64,000 nt of DNA from Bacteroidaceae bacterium (GCA_016292545.1 JAEDIG010000001.1:2412-66411), one strand, 5' to 3'; shown: positions 50,066-62,000, counted from the first letter of the stretch. Program-made: numbers and translations. Notes: generated by a model from the sequence alone, not told the origin.

Positions 50066-52046
50066 TGGCACCAGGCTTCGGTCTGTGGTTTGTCTCTTCA
50101 TTCTATGGCTGCTTCTGGCCACACCTGTCCACAGCCAGGATTCCCTGTCGGTCTATACCTGGGAGGACTTCGTGGAAGAATACACCGACGACGAGGAACA
50201 CACCGAGGATGAAGCCTGGGAGGCCAGGCTGGAGGAACTGAGGCAGCTCCACGAGCAACCCCTCAACATCAACACGGCCACAGTGGACGAACTGCTGCAG
50301 CTTCCCTTCCTCACCGAAAGGCAAATCGAACAAATCCATGCCGACATCTATCTGAACGGAGCCATCCGCCACCTGGGGATGCTGCGGTTGCTGCGGTCGA
50401 TGGACGATGACACATGGCGCAAGCTCCTGCTCTTCGTATATGCAGGAGAGCCTCAGCCCAGAGAGGAGACACTGAAAGAAAAGCTACTGCACGGCATCCG
50501 CCACACGTTTTCCTCCCGCACCGACATTCCCCTCTATTACCGCAAAGGCTTTGTGGTGCCCGATGGATATGCCGGCGACCCGCTCTACCACCGGATGAAA
50601 TACCAGCTCTCGGGCAGCAGGCATCTGGCAGCCGGATTCCGCATTGAGAAGGATCCGGGCGAACGCTACTACGACACCTATGGGGCCTATGTAATGCTCG
50701 CCAGTCTGGGCAAGATGGACAAGATGGTGGCAGGCGACTACCGGGCCGGCTTTGGCGAGGGCATCGTGATGGGAGCCAACGGAAACGCCTGGGGCAGCAA
50801 AAGCATGCCGCCCTCCCACCAGCAGACGGGCCTCCGCCCCATGACCTCGATGGACGAGACACGCTTCCTGCGGGGAGCAGCAGCCTCTTTCCTGCTGGGC
50901 AGGCACTGGGACCTCACGCTGATAACCTCCCACAGAAGACTGGATGCCACACTCGATGAAGACGGGCATGTGCGCACACTTCTCCAGACAGGGCTCCACC
51001 GGACAGCCAGCGAGCGCGAAAGGCAACGCAATGTGTCGGCCTCTCTGGCAGGCGGCCATCTGGGCTGGAAACACGGAGGCTGGAAGGCCGGATGCACGGG
51101 TTACTACCAGCAGTTCTCGCGCCCCCTTTACCCCGGCGACCAGCTCTACAGGCGCATCTATCCGTGTGGCCGTCGCTTTGGTGTGGCAGGCCTCCACTAT
51201 GCCTATTCCTCCTACCTTATACAAGCGGCCGGAGAAACAGCCTACAGTACATCCCGCCACGGATGGGCCACCCTCAACCGTGCGGAATGGCAGTTCCACC
51301 GCAAGTGGAACGCCTGCGTATTGCAGCGTTTCTACAGCTACCGCTACCACTCCTTCCATTCGGGAGCCTTTGGCGAAAACAGCCAGAACCAGAACGAGTC
51401 GGGCCTTCTGCTTCGCCTCAAAGGGCATCCGTGGCCCCGCTGGCAGCTGCTGGCCTACGCGGATTTCTTCTATCATCCATGGCCTCGCTACCAGCTGCTG
51501 AAGAGCAGCCGTGGGGAAGACCTCTCGGGCCAGCTGCAATGGCAATGCACACCCGCCCATCTGCTGGAAGCCCGCTATCAGTACAAGCGGAAAATGTATG
51601 CCGACGGCTATCTTGCCCACCATCGCACCAAGCTCCGCTGGACAGCCACCCCACATCGTTCATGCATCTGGCAGACCACCCTCCTCTTCCATCGGGTTGA
51701 AGGCCGCAACGGCTGGGGCCTGCAACAGACAGCCCGTGCCGACATCCCGCAATGGCGACTGCGGCTGAACGCCTCTTGTGCCGCCTTCCTCACCGACGGC
51801 TACGACTGCCGACTGGCCTTCTACGACCCTCCGCTCTATGCCTCCATCTGCACAGCCACATATTTTGGCCAGGGCATCGTGCCCTCCTTCTCCTGCCGCT
51901 GGACCTCGGCAGACAGCCATTGGATGGTGGAGGCCAAATACCGCTGTTGCAGATATTTCGACCGCCATGTCCAGAGTTCTGGCCTGCAGACCATCATGGG
52001 GCCATGGAAGCAGGACACCAGCATAGGGCTGGTGGTCAGATGGTGA
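50037..52046 (+). CDS. Helix-hairpin-helix domain protein with large C-terminal (beta-barrel-like) region
   Basis: Signal-like VVCLFILWLLLATPVHSQ. ComEA-type HhH LNINTATVDELLQLPFLTERQIEQI. The remainder is rich in aromatic/Gly/Arg alternation. Confidence 0.6.
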   Translation: MESTNGWADSGTRLRSVVCLFILWLLLATPVHSQDSLSVYTWEDFVEEYTDDEEHTEDEAWEARLEELRQLHEQPLNINTATVDELLQLPFLTERQIEQIHADIYLNGAIRHLGMLRLLRSMDDDTWRKLLLFVYAGEPQPREETLKEKLLHGIRHTFSSRTDIPLYYRKGFVVPDGYAGDPLYHRMKYQLSGSRHLAAGFRIEKDPGERYYDTYGAYVMLASLGKMDKMVAGDYRAGFGEGIVMGANGNAWGSKSMPPSHQQTGLRPMTSMDETRFLRGAAASFLLGRHWDLTLITSHRRLDATLDEDGHVRTLLQTGLHRTASERERQRNVSASLAGGHLGWKHGGWKAGCTGYYQQFSRPLYPGDQLYRRIYPCGRRFGVAGLHYAYSSYLIQAAGETAYSTSRHGWATLNRAEWQFHRKWNACVLQRFYSYRYHSFHSGAFGENSQNQNESGLLLRLKGHPWPRWQLLAYADFFYHPWPRYQLLKSSRGEDLSGQLQWQCTPAHLLEARYQYKRKMYADGYLAHHRTKLRWTATPHRSCIWQTTLLFHRVEGRNGWGLQQTARADIPQWRLRLNASCAAFLTDGYDCRLAFYDPPLYASICTATYFGQGIVPSFSCRWTSADSHWMVEAKYRCCRYFDRHVQSSGLQTIMGPWKQDTSIGLVVRW

Positions 52047-53058
52047 GCCTGGAGGAGATTGCCGAAGAGATGCGGGTGAGGGGCACAGAGGCGCACCAGG
52101 ACAGCAACACCAGCATGGGATAGATAAGGAAAGGATAGCGGAAACTGTAGACAAACGGAGAGAAAAGGTAATAGGCAAAGAAGGTGTGGCAGAGCCATAG
52201 GGACGTGGACTGCCGGCCCATGGCCAAAAGAAAGGCACTGGGGCGGCGCGGTGCGATGACGCACCAGAGCAGCACGAACAGGCAGGCGAACACGGGGTTG
52301 GGCAGCACCCATCCCATCGACATGCGAAGCACACACAGCAAAAGGAGTGCAAGCCCCGCCAGCCTGCGCGACCGCAGTCCCAGACGGGCGTGCATGAAAG
52401 CCCGGAACCTGGAGGGAATGTGGTGGATGTGGCTCAATGCCCCACATAGGAACACCAGAAGCAGCTGCGCCACCTCATTGGCCAGGCTGAGCAGGGCACA
52501 ATGGTCGAACCACGGTGCATAGAGGCGGTAGGATACATCGGAAAGCAGATAAAGCAGCACAGCCATGCCCGATGTGACAGCGCATCCACGGCGGGCATAA
52601 AGGGCACGGAAAAGCAGCGGAGACACCAGAGACAACACCACATAGGGGCGCAGGAACCACCACTCGTGGTTGTAGGAGCAGCTCCATCCCACCATGTTCA
52701 GGCAGAAATCCCACACACCACCGGGATAAACCTGCGGTTTCAGCAGGCATCCCAGTGCCACAAAAGGCAACAGCACCACCCAATAATGGATGTAAAGCGG
52801 AACCAGACGGAGAGCGGCACGGGAAAAACCGAATCCCCTCTTTTCTGCACTGGCAGCCAGTCCGTAGCCACTCAGGAAGATGTAGACATACACACACCAG
52901 GCAGCCACACGGCTCATGGCATACACCAATGGCAGCCCTCCAGGAAAATGCAGCAACGTGATGCACGAGGCCACGCGCTCCGGTGTGTTGAAGAGGTGAA
53001 GGAACAGCATCATCAGAATGGCTATTCCCTTGAGCTGGAGGCTGTCGGTCCGTGTCAT
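52036..53058 (-). CDS. Acyltransferase family 3 membrane protein
   Basis: N-terminus LQLKGIAILMMLFLHLFN. About 10 TM helices across 340 aa. Confidence 0.7.
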   Translation of the reverse strand: MTRTDSLQLKGIAILMMLFLHLFNTPERVASCITLLHFPGGLPLVYAMSRVAAWCVYVYIFLSGYGLAASAEKRGFGFSRAALRLVPLYIHYWVVLLPFVALGCLLKPQVYPGGVWDFCLNMVGWSCSYNHEWWFLRPYVVLSLVSPLLFRALYARRGCAVTSGMAVLLYLLSDVSYRLYAPWFDHCALLSLANEVAQLLLVFLCGALSHIHHIPSRFRAFMHARLGLRSRRLAGLALLLLCVLRMSMGWVLPNPVFACLFVLLWCVIAPRRPSAFLLAMGRQSTSLWLCHTFFAYYLFSPFVYSFRYPFLIYPMLVLLSWCASVPLTRISSAISSRLTI

Positions 53059-53088
53059 GATCCTCTATCCCTTGCAGACGACGGTGCG

Positions 53089-55113
53089 TCAATCCTTTCC
53101 GGAAAAGTGGTTCAGGCGTGCCACATACTGACGCGCGTGGCGGTAGGTGCTCTCCACCTTGCCGTTGATTACGTGGCCGAAACCCTTCTTTGCCCCCGGA
53201 ATGAACGAGGTGTTGACTATGTGGTGGATTTCAATGCCGTTGTTGCAAGGCACCTCCACGGAATTCTCCAGCCTGATGTCGTGTATCAGCACATCATAGA
53301 TTCCTATGCCAAAAGCCCTGTGGGAGCGCACATGGTCGGCCACCTTGTATGCGGCATAACCGTTGCGTGTGCCGTTTTCACTCATGAACACACTTTGCGT
53401 GCCTGCATCGTAGGGTGTCTCGCACTGATAAAAGTAGACAAGACCGTTTTCGCCGTTCCACAGCGTCTGGTACTTCTGGAAATGTTCATTGAAGAGCCCG
53501 TAGATGGTGATGTTGTTCCCGTTGACCACCAGTCCATGGTTGGCCGTGTTCACATCCCACCCCACGGAGTTCTTCACGCCGTGGTCGGCACGCCAAATCC
53601 AGAAATGGTCCCCCACCACATCGTTGCTGTTGATTTCGAGTGCGGTGTCTACATGTGTCTTCCGGGGCACAAAGCCTCCGATGCGGAAAAACATATCGGA
53701 GAGGACAATGGGATTCTGGCTGTGTCTTCTGGTCGTGCCCTTGTCCCCCACCTTCAGGAGCGTGCGTGTGGAATGATGGGCATCAAAGAGTATGGACGCC
53801 AACCGCACGCCATCGATGTCGTCAATCTTTATGGCCACCTCCGCACCATCCGGCGGAACGATAGTAGCCCATCCCAGTCCCATGACAATGGTGCCTGGAA
53901 CCGACACGACGAGCGGCTGGTCCAGCAGATATATGCCTGGGGTCAGCAGCAGGTGCTTCCCTTTGGCAAGCGCGGCATTCATTTCGGCGGCTGTGGTGGA
54001 AGGTTTGGCCACAAGAAACGAGTCCAGCACGTCCAGCACATCGCCCTCGCCCATCGATGCGGCTGTGTACGACACGCCCTTGCTACTCTGCCGGATGGCC
54101 GGACGGAACACCTTGTAGCGGCCGTCATCACCCATGAAGAGGAACGGTTTCTCGCTGACCAGCGGGGTATAGGTCTCAAATGTCACATTCCCGCCTTTGT
54201 CCCAGTCGGAGTCCACATAAGTATCCTTCGCAGCCTGCTCACCCAGTTCCACGCCTGTGAAGACAAAGTTGTAGGCCCCCTCGGTAAATCTCCCGCGCCC
54301 CTGTCGGAGCAGGCTGTTGCGTGTAAACCATTGCTGCTGTCCGTCAGATCCCACAGGCGCGTCAAAGATGCAGTCAGCCGTAAAGCCGCCGCTCACCCAA
54401 CCGTTTTTCCATTGGTTCCTGACCGTTCGCTGCGAGTAGATTCTGCGGAACGGGGCAGCCTGCGACACTGCCCAGTTGAACATCTTGTCATGCTCATACG
54501 AAGCTTCACCCACGACAGAAAGGTTCTCCAGCGACCGCCAGAACGTGCAGGTTCCGTTGTCGTTTGCCAGATGGGGAGGTGTGTGTATGTTGTCGATCTT
54601 CACATCGAACGGCACTTTACCCAGTCCTGCCACATGGGTGTAGAACCCCACGTTGAACAATCCTGCCGATGTGTAATCACCAGGCTTGAACATCAGCGCG
54701 TAGCGCCCCGTCCCCATCTCGGCACGAAACATCTCCTTATGTATGGCAGCTATGTCCTTGCCGATGGCCTCGGGTGAATCCTGTGGGCTGTAGATATGCA
54801 CGTCATCGCCAAACAGTTCCTGTTCGGCCGACATCTGTGCCACAGTGTCGCCCTTCTCGTCGAGCACCAGATAATAATAGGAATAAGGGCTCCCCTTTGC
54901 CTTTTTGTCCACGAATTCTGTTTTCTTTGTGGTGCCTATGGCACGATATTCCGCATACCGGCCGTTCGACCGCATCACGGTGTATTTACCTGGCTTTCCG
55001 TCGAATGAGATTGTAATGCAGTTTTTACCGGGACGGACACCTGCAGATGCCGTTGTCGCCCCCATCAGCAAGGCGGCCACACAAAGGCCTGTCACATATT
55101 TCGAGCGTTTCAT
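53089..55113 (-). CDS. Secreted right-handed beta-helix (pectate-lyase-fold) protein, putative glycoside hydrolase
   Basis: Signal peptide MKRSKYVTGLCVAALLMGATTASA; an alternative ATG lies at 55125. An N-terminal small beta domain is followed by repetitive beta-helix-like segments (FWRSLENLSVVG, WAVSQAAPFRRIY). Family not assigned. Confidence 0.55.
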   Translation of the reverse strand: MKRSKYVTGLCVAALLMGATTASAGVRPGKNCITISFDGKPGKYTVMRSNGRYAEYRAIGTTKKTEFVDKKAKGSPYSYYYLVLDEKGDTVAQMSAEQELFGDDVHIYSPQDSPEAIGKDIAAIHKEMFRAEMGTGRYALMFKPGDYTSAGLFNVGFYTHVAGLGKVPFDVKIDNIHTPPHLANDNGTCTFWRSLENLSVVGEASYEHDKMFNWAVSQAAPFRRIYSQRTVRNQWKNGWVSGGFTADCIFDAPVGSDGQQQWFTRNSLLRQGRGRFTEGAYNFVFTGVELGEQAAKDTYVDSDWDKGGNVTFETYTPLVSEKPFLFMGDDGRYKVFRPAIRQSSKGVSYTAASMGEGDVLDVLDSFLVAKPSTTAAEMNAALAKGKHLLLTPGIYLLDQPLVVSVPGTIVMGLGWATIVPPDGAEVAIKIDDIDGVRLASILFDAHHSTRTLLKVGDKGTTRRHSQNPIVLSDMFFRIGGFVPRKTHVDTALEINSNDVVGDHFWIWRADHGVKNSVGWDVNTANHGLVVNGNNITIYGLFNEHFQKYQTLWNGENGLVYFYQCETPYDAGTQSVFMSENGTRNGYAAYKVADHVRSHRAFGIGIYDVLIHDIRLENSVEVPCNNGIEIHHIVNTSFIPGAKKGFGHVINGKVESTYRHARQYVARLNHFSGKD

Positions 55114-56060
55114 GTCATTGAACATATATATATTTTTTTACTTTGTAATAATCATCGGTGTTCCCACCCATCATCTTTAAGAGCATGCCTCAATCGTCAA
55201 CAAACAATGCTCCACCTGTCGTTTCTTCTTCAATTATTTGGCAAAAATAAATAAAAATAATTTATTTACCCTTATTCCGCACAACCTTTTTGCTCAAACC
55301 AGACAATCTTTTAACATTTGGCCCGGTTCTCGTAGCGTTGTCCAACGGACTGGTTGCGGAGGTTCAACGTCTGAATTGCCGTGGAGGGAAAAAGACAAGA
55401 ATTCCGAGAAACGAATTGCCATAAAACGACATTAGTTAGCAAAACAAGTCAGTTTTTGTTCCAAAATTGAGCCAAAACACCCTTTTGGCATCATTAAATT
55501 GCAGATTCTCGTCCATTTATGTGAGAGTCTACATTTATTTTTATATCTTTGTGGCCAAATACTGACAATTCTTTCTAAGAAAAGTCTATAAGGATAAGAA
55601 TGATTTCTGATGTTAGCAGTTAAAGAAAAGCATTTTAAGTCCGTTAAGACTGACGCTTCATTGTATAATGGGCAACCGACGACAAACCGAATGAAGAAGC
55701 CAAGTTCACTTGGATTATGCCGAGGTGCGAAGGAGGAAGGCAACAGCCAACCGACTGACACCGGCTCGATGTGTCACAGTGCAGAAGTTACATCCAGCAC
55801 GCCCCCCATCTTGAAATGCAAGGATGGGGTGTTGGTAGAGAATGTGCCTACAGAAAACAAGCAATGGCTTGTCCTTCGTGTGTCTTATGGTAGAATTTTC
55901 AAGGCAAAGACGTTAGTTGTAGGCAAAGGTTATAAAATTAGTAAATGGTGCATAAATACAGCATAGCCATATTTGCAAATTCTCGCCTTAATTCTGATTT
56001 CTTGAGAGTAAACATCTGAGAACTTTTGGTTAGCAAGAATGGGGAGATACAAAATTACAA

Positions 56061-59000
56061 ATGATAAATCAAAACAACGATATGATAAACAACGATACAC
56101 TCAAAAAAATATTATCCATATTTCTGTCCTTGAAAAAAGAATCATTACCTGAAAAAGGTGAAGGATGGGTTAATATGGCTAATTTTGGTTCTGCCTTGCT
56201 CAAGGCTGGCATTAACTATAAAGCGTTGGGATATGAAAAGCTTAATGAATTCGTTATGAAGTCTGATGCGTTCTTAGTACATACAGATACATCTTGCAAA
56301 GTGCCTGTAAAATATATCAAGGAGAAAGAGAAACTAACAGATATTTATAGGAAACCCAGAGCTGAACGTGCGCAATCAATATACACAGCCCCTAATGAGG
56401 TTATAAAGGTAAAGCGAAGGTTGCGTCTTGACAATAATATATTTATAGGACAGTTCGCACCTCAGAGGAATGAAGGTTGGTTTACGATAACAGATATCCG
56501 TAATACTGATTTTACAAAGATTGAAGATAAGGAACGTGGTATAAAGAATCTGTCTATCTCATTCAGAAGCAACAAGGAGTTCAACCGCTATGCATACTAC
56601 AAGTTCACTTGGGTATTGCTTGGAACCGATCCTCTCAAGTTCGGTATTGACTTGCATGAGGAAATAACACCAATTTACCCCAAAGACATTGTGAGCAGTC
56701 TTTACGAGGGCATTATGCGTTATCCTGCAGGTGCGGCAAAGAAGATTACTCGTTCGCTTGATACTCTCAAAAAGCAACTTACACAAAGCGGTAAGGAAGT
56801 ATTCATCTATGAGTTGTTGCAGAATGCTAACGACTATCCTCGTCGTACAAAAATTGATGGCAAGATTCAACCTTTGCCTGTTGATGTAGAGTTCCATATT
56901 ACCGAGAACTACTTAACATTCGAGCATACAGGTGAATATTTCAATCCGAAGAATATTGCAGCTATTTGTGATATAAATGATGGCGAGAAGTCTGACAATA
57001 TCGAAGCCATCGGCTACAAAGGTATTGGTTTTAAGACAGTTTTCCTTGACAACGACTATGTTCTCCTAAATACGGGTAAATACACATTCAGGTTCGACAA
57101 GTCTGCTACGGATGTAATCAATACACCATGGCAGATCCTGCCAATCTGGACGGAATATAATGAGATCGATCATGAAATCAAGTCTGTATTCCGTCAGCAT
57201 CCTAACGAAGAGTTTAGAGTAAAGTTCGCTCTCCAACCACGATATAAGGAAATTCTGACCGACGAAGACAGAGATGATAACTACATCGATTTGTTTACCG
57301 ATGTATTTAAATCAGAGCGCGTCATATTGTTTATCCCGAACATCAAGAAGGTTAGCATCTTTATTGATGGTCAGGATGAACCGATTGTACGTGAGAAAGA
57401 CAATAAAGATTGGTGTGTATCAGATTCTCTTGTAGATGATATTCCTGAGGACATTACAGATAAGATAAACGATGTTTTGGAAAATCCAGACTCTCTTCGT
57501 TCGGATGGTTATGAGAAAATACCTGAGAAGTACATGAACTTCCGCAAGACTGCGGTAAAGTTTGCGTGCAAGAAAGCTGAAAGAAAGTTAATGCCAGTTG
57601 ATGATGCCATGCTTTATTGCTATCTGCCAGCAAAGCGGGCTGATTGGGGTTTCAATTTCCTAATGAACACCGATATGGTGCCCAACGGACAGCGTGATGA
57701 TATTGAGGATATCGAGCTCAATCACGTTATTGCTCGTATTGCAGGTAAACAGTTCTTTTATTGGATCAAGCAGCTTATTGAAAGCAAAGAATACGACCTT
57801 GACTCTATCTTTGCACTTATCCCAGACTTTGATGAGTGCAAGAAGAGACGCGTGTATAAGACGTTTATAGAGGAGTTCCAGGAAGAATTTGAAAAACTCA
57901 TAAAAGAAGAGCCTTTTGTTCCATGCGTTGATAAGGATGGTGAACAAACCTTTGAATGCATCGACAATATTATTAACGACATGACTGGCATGACAGCGAA
58001 CGGAGTCATTTCAGACGAAGACTTCATAATTCTTATGGAGTTGGGTGACTACTCCTTGCCAGTTGACGAGTTAAGACAATCGGAGGCATTCATGGGTTTC
58101 TTGTACAAGCATTCTCCTTCGAGCCTTAATGTAAAGGTTGATGCTGTTGTAAAGAAATGTGAGGAAACTGATTTCCAGACATGGTTGACAGTTCCCGAAA
58201 ACAATACACGATTTATAAGACATTGGTTGAGTGAGGATGAACTAAACGAGTTTGCTAAGAAAAATATATTTATTGAATACGAAGGCGATTTGTTTACAGC
58301 AGGAAGTCTCTACTATGATTTTGACACGAATTGTAATGGAATAGGATTCTTGCGTAAATTTGTACCGCATCTTTGCGAGGCATCAAGAGCAAATTTTGAG
58401 GAAGATGAAAATTGGAAATCATTTGCAGACAAGTATTTCCTGTCTTTCTCTGCTGCGTCTATGATTACAGATTGCATTCTATCCAATGAGGATGCTATGG
58501 CGTTGCTTAACGTGCCAAGCAATTCTGTTGCATTCTATCGTTATCTTGCAGTAAAGGAAGTTGATTTAAAGGCGAACAAGACAAAGATTCCGTACATTAC
58601 TGAGGATGGTGGTGCAAGTACAGACTATACCAATTATCACTACTTCTTCAACGAAGATGCTCATGCCTTAACACGTGAGAAATGGTTGGGCGAGAATGTT
58701 ATCAACGTACTATCGCATATCTATTTTGATAGCCTGGCTGATGACGAGAAAGGTAATGTAACTGCAATATTTGCTAACCTTGGATTCAACGAATTTACCA
58801 AGGACTCCTTCATCACGACTGTCATAGTTGGCGATGCCGATTTCCGAGCAAAAGTAAACGCTGCCATAGAAAACAATTATGTTGCCAACAAAGCATTTGT
58901 TGAATATGTGTACGGTTGTGAAGTGCAGTTGAAGGAAAACGTTTTCAAGGATTATGTCTTGCGTTGTGTTGACATCCACAAAAATGAGGTATATCTTTGC

Positions 59001-62000
59001 AACGATGACGTGCGATACTTCAATCAGGATGCGTATGCTCAGAACAGCACCTATGCTGACAATACCAATCATGCTTGGTTGCAGGATAGCATGATGTATG
59101 CTCTATCGAATGATTATTTTGAAGGTCGTGAGAAGGAAGAGGTAAAGAAACTGGAATCGTTCTTGCGTCAGCAGTTTGGCGTTAAGACCTTCACAGACAA
59201 GTCGTTCTTCATAGATGTTGTAATCAAGAACAAGGCGGTTATCTATGCCAGTCTTGTTGACGAGGCAATTATGCTCACATTCTTGGAATACCTGAAGCGA
59301 GACGCAGACAGACTCTTTGATGATACTATGAGTTTCAACGACATCAAGGATATGCCTTTACTTGCCTACGACGGAACCATAGTAAGAGCAAGAGAACTGA
59401 ATATCCAGTATATCGAATACAACGAGGGCGCAAAGATTCTGTGCGAGAAAGCATGGTGTCCGAAGACGTATGTTGTGCTCTCACAGAAATATACCGATGA
59501 TTTCTCTCAGGATATGCGTCAGCTGTTCAAGATTGTGAAGTTTGACATCAATACCACAACTGACATCCTTGCTCAGAACGCAAACTTGCGCCAATCGGTT
59601 AATGTTATAAACAATAACGTTGATTTCTGGCGATGGGTCAAGGTAAACCAGAAGCAAATTGCATATGTTGATAAGTTCAAGACTATTCCGTTGCTTGACA
59701 ATAACAACGCGCTTATCAATTGTGCATCGCTTTACATTTCTGACACCTATCAGCAGGAACAAATTGAGGCGTTGGTAACTAAGTATGTAAAAGAGGCGCA
59801 GTTCGTGTCTTCGTCTTACATCGAAACCGCCAATGAGAACGAGAAGGTAGAGTGGATGAAATTGTTTAGGAAACTCGGTCTTAAGTCCGATAACAAGGAT
59901 ATTCTTTTCTCAGACATCTTGCCTAAGCTTTCAACTATTGAGACTGAGTCTTTGGATTCGGTTGTAGCGATGATGACCAAGCACTTTAAAGACCTGAAGG
60001 ATAAATGGGCAGAAAGGAAATACCAAATTATGCAGTTGAGAGTTCGTACTCAATATGCTGGTTATAAGACTCTTGATCAGGTAATAATCGTCAACATGGA
60101 TGAGGATTCTGTATCTGAACCATTCAAGTACATCACGCTTGCTAACGAGGTTCATCCCGATATTCTAAAGGCAAATAAGGACTTGCTTCATGCTATCTCT
60201 GAAGAGTACGGTAATCGCAATCTCATTACCACAAAGCAAATGTGGATTGACGCAAAGGTTAAGGATTATCTTGCAATGTTTGCTGCCGATGAGAATAGCG
60301 TTGCAGACATTCACATTCAGTTTGTACGTGAAGTAGCTAAGATACAGAGTGAGTATGACATAAATGACACACTTCGTAAGCAGATAAAGTATCTGGTCAA
60401 GTCAAATGAAACGACATACAAGTTTGCTCATGAACTGACACTTGGAACAGAATATTCTCCAACGTGCGACTTTGAGGCAAATCGTGTGTCTGAATTGTCG
60501 TATCTTTCTGACACTTACATATTCGAAGGCAACAAGGATATCATTAAGCAATATTTCAAAGCGGAGAACGTGCATCAAAATATGACGCGAGAGGACTTGA
60601 AGTATCTCGCAAACCGCACATTTGCTTGTTATTTCTGGTCGAAATGTTTCTCTCATCGCTTGGGCGAATATGAATCATGGGTGGAAGATGGATGTTTCAA
60701 TAACCGCGTGTGCATACCAACAGAGAATTCTGTTCAAAAGCCGGAGTTGTTGTATGCACCTCACATAGCTGGTTATGCTGTTCGTGCCAAGGTACCTCAA
60801 TGGCAAGAGAAGGTTCCTTGCAAAGCTATTGTTGACTCTATTGACAATCGTGATGCTCGTGAATTATTTGAGAAGATCAACTTCTGTAAGGCTCTCTCTT
60901 TTGAAGATTGCCTTTATTACCTTGCTCGTGTTACGCATCCAAGAGAGGAAGAAACTCATTTCCGAAGCATAGTGATTAATTGGATGCTGTCTTCGCCTGT
61001 TCCAGATGAGACTTTGGTTGACAACTATCGTAAAACGCCAACTGCAGAATGGCGTAATGGTAAGGGGCAGAAGAAGCATATTACGGAACTTTATGCTATC
61101 CATCCAGATTCGACACAGGAAAGGAATATCTTCCGTGGCGATGAGTTTGTTATGCAGACAAGTGCTTTCCCTTATGATACAGATTTGTTTGTCAAGGCCT
61201 GCAACATACTGAAGATAAAATGTCTGACAAGTTCTAATTTTGTGGCAACACCTATAGGCAAACAAGATGAAACAGCTGATATGGTTGCCATACTCAGACC
61301 TCGTCTGCTTATCTTGTCGGCTATCGAAAACCCAGATCGATTCCAAGAACTCTACGAACGCTATAATACAAAGCTGTCGCAGTATCATTTTGTTGTATGT
61401 GAAAAGATAGACCTCGGTTATGATACTATACATAATGATGTAGAGCGTATCTATAACGATGACAATCACCTTTATTATGTAAGCTCATGGAAGCATAATC
61501 GTACCTTTACAAAGTTCTGTAGTAGATTGAAGCGACTGGTAGGTTTTGACGTGTATGATAATGTATGTGAAGACGTTCTTGATGATAGCGTTTCTGTAGA
61601 AACGTGCATCGAAAAGTATTGCTCTTCGCTTGCATACGATGAAAAGTTCCGCGCTTATCTCAGATCGTTGGATTTGACCATAAACGTTGAGCCAGAGGAA
61701 GAAGGACCTATCGAAACAGGAAACGATTACTATAGCAATGCTACGAATGAACCAACAGATTCTGCTATAGAAGCAACTACAGAGACATCAACAGAAAATC
61801 AGCATGTTGACGATACGGAAACTTTTCGCGAGGATGACAATATTGGTGCACCAAATAAAGATGTAACGTCAAGACCTGTTAACGAACTTGAAGTTAGGGA
61901 AGAAGCAGAGACATCACCAAAAGAACTTATTCAAACCGCTTCGCAGCAGCCAACTTCTTACTCTCGTCCACAACAACAGTCGCAACAAGCCGAATCACCA

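Noticed and set aside
55300-55400. tRNA-like or att-site candidate (GGTTCAACG... segment) at the island edge
   Set aside because: No acceptor stem or cloverleaf can be drawn, and the T-loop-like string lacks complementary stem arms. A tRNAscan or Infernal run would be needed to be certain.
60864-61469. 201-aa minus-strand ORF, plus shorter ORFs, inside the giant gene
   Set aside because: They are embedded antisense in a 6.9-kb uninterrupted ORF. The translation is I/F/L/C-rich, as expected from antisense AT-rich coding DNA, and has no start context or motifs.
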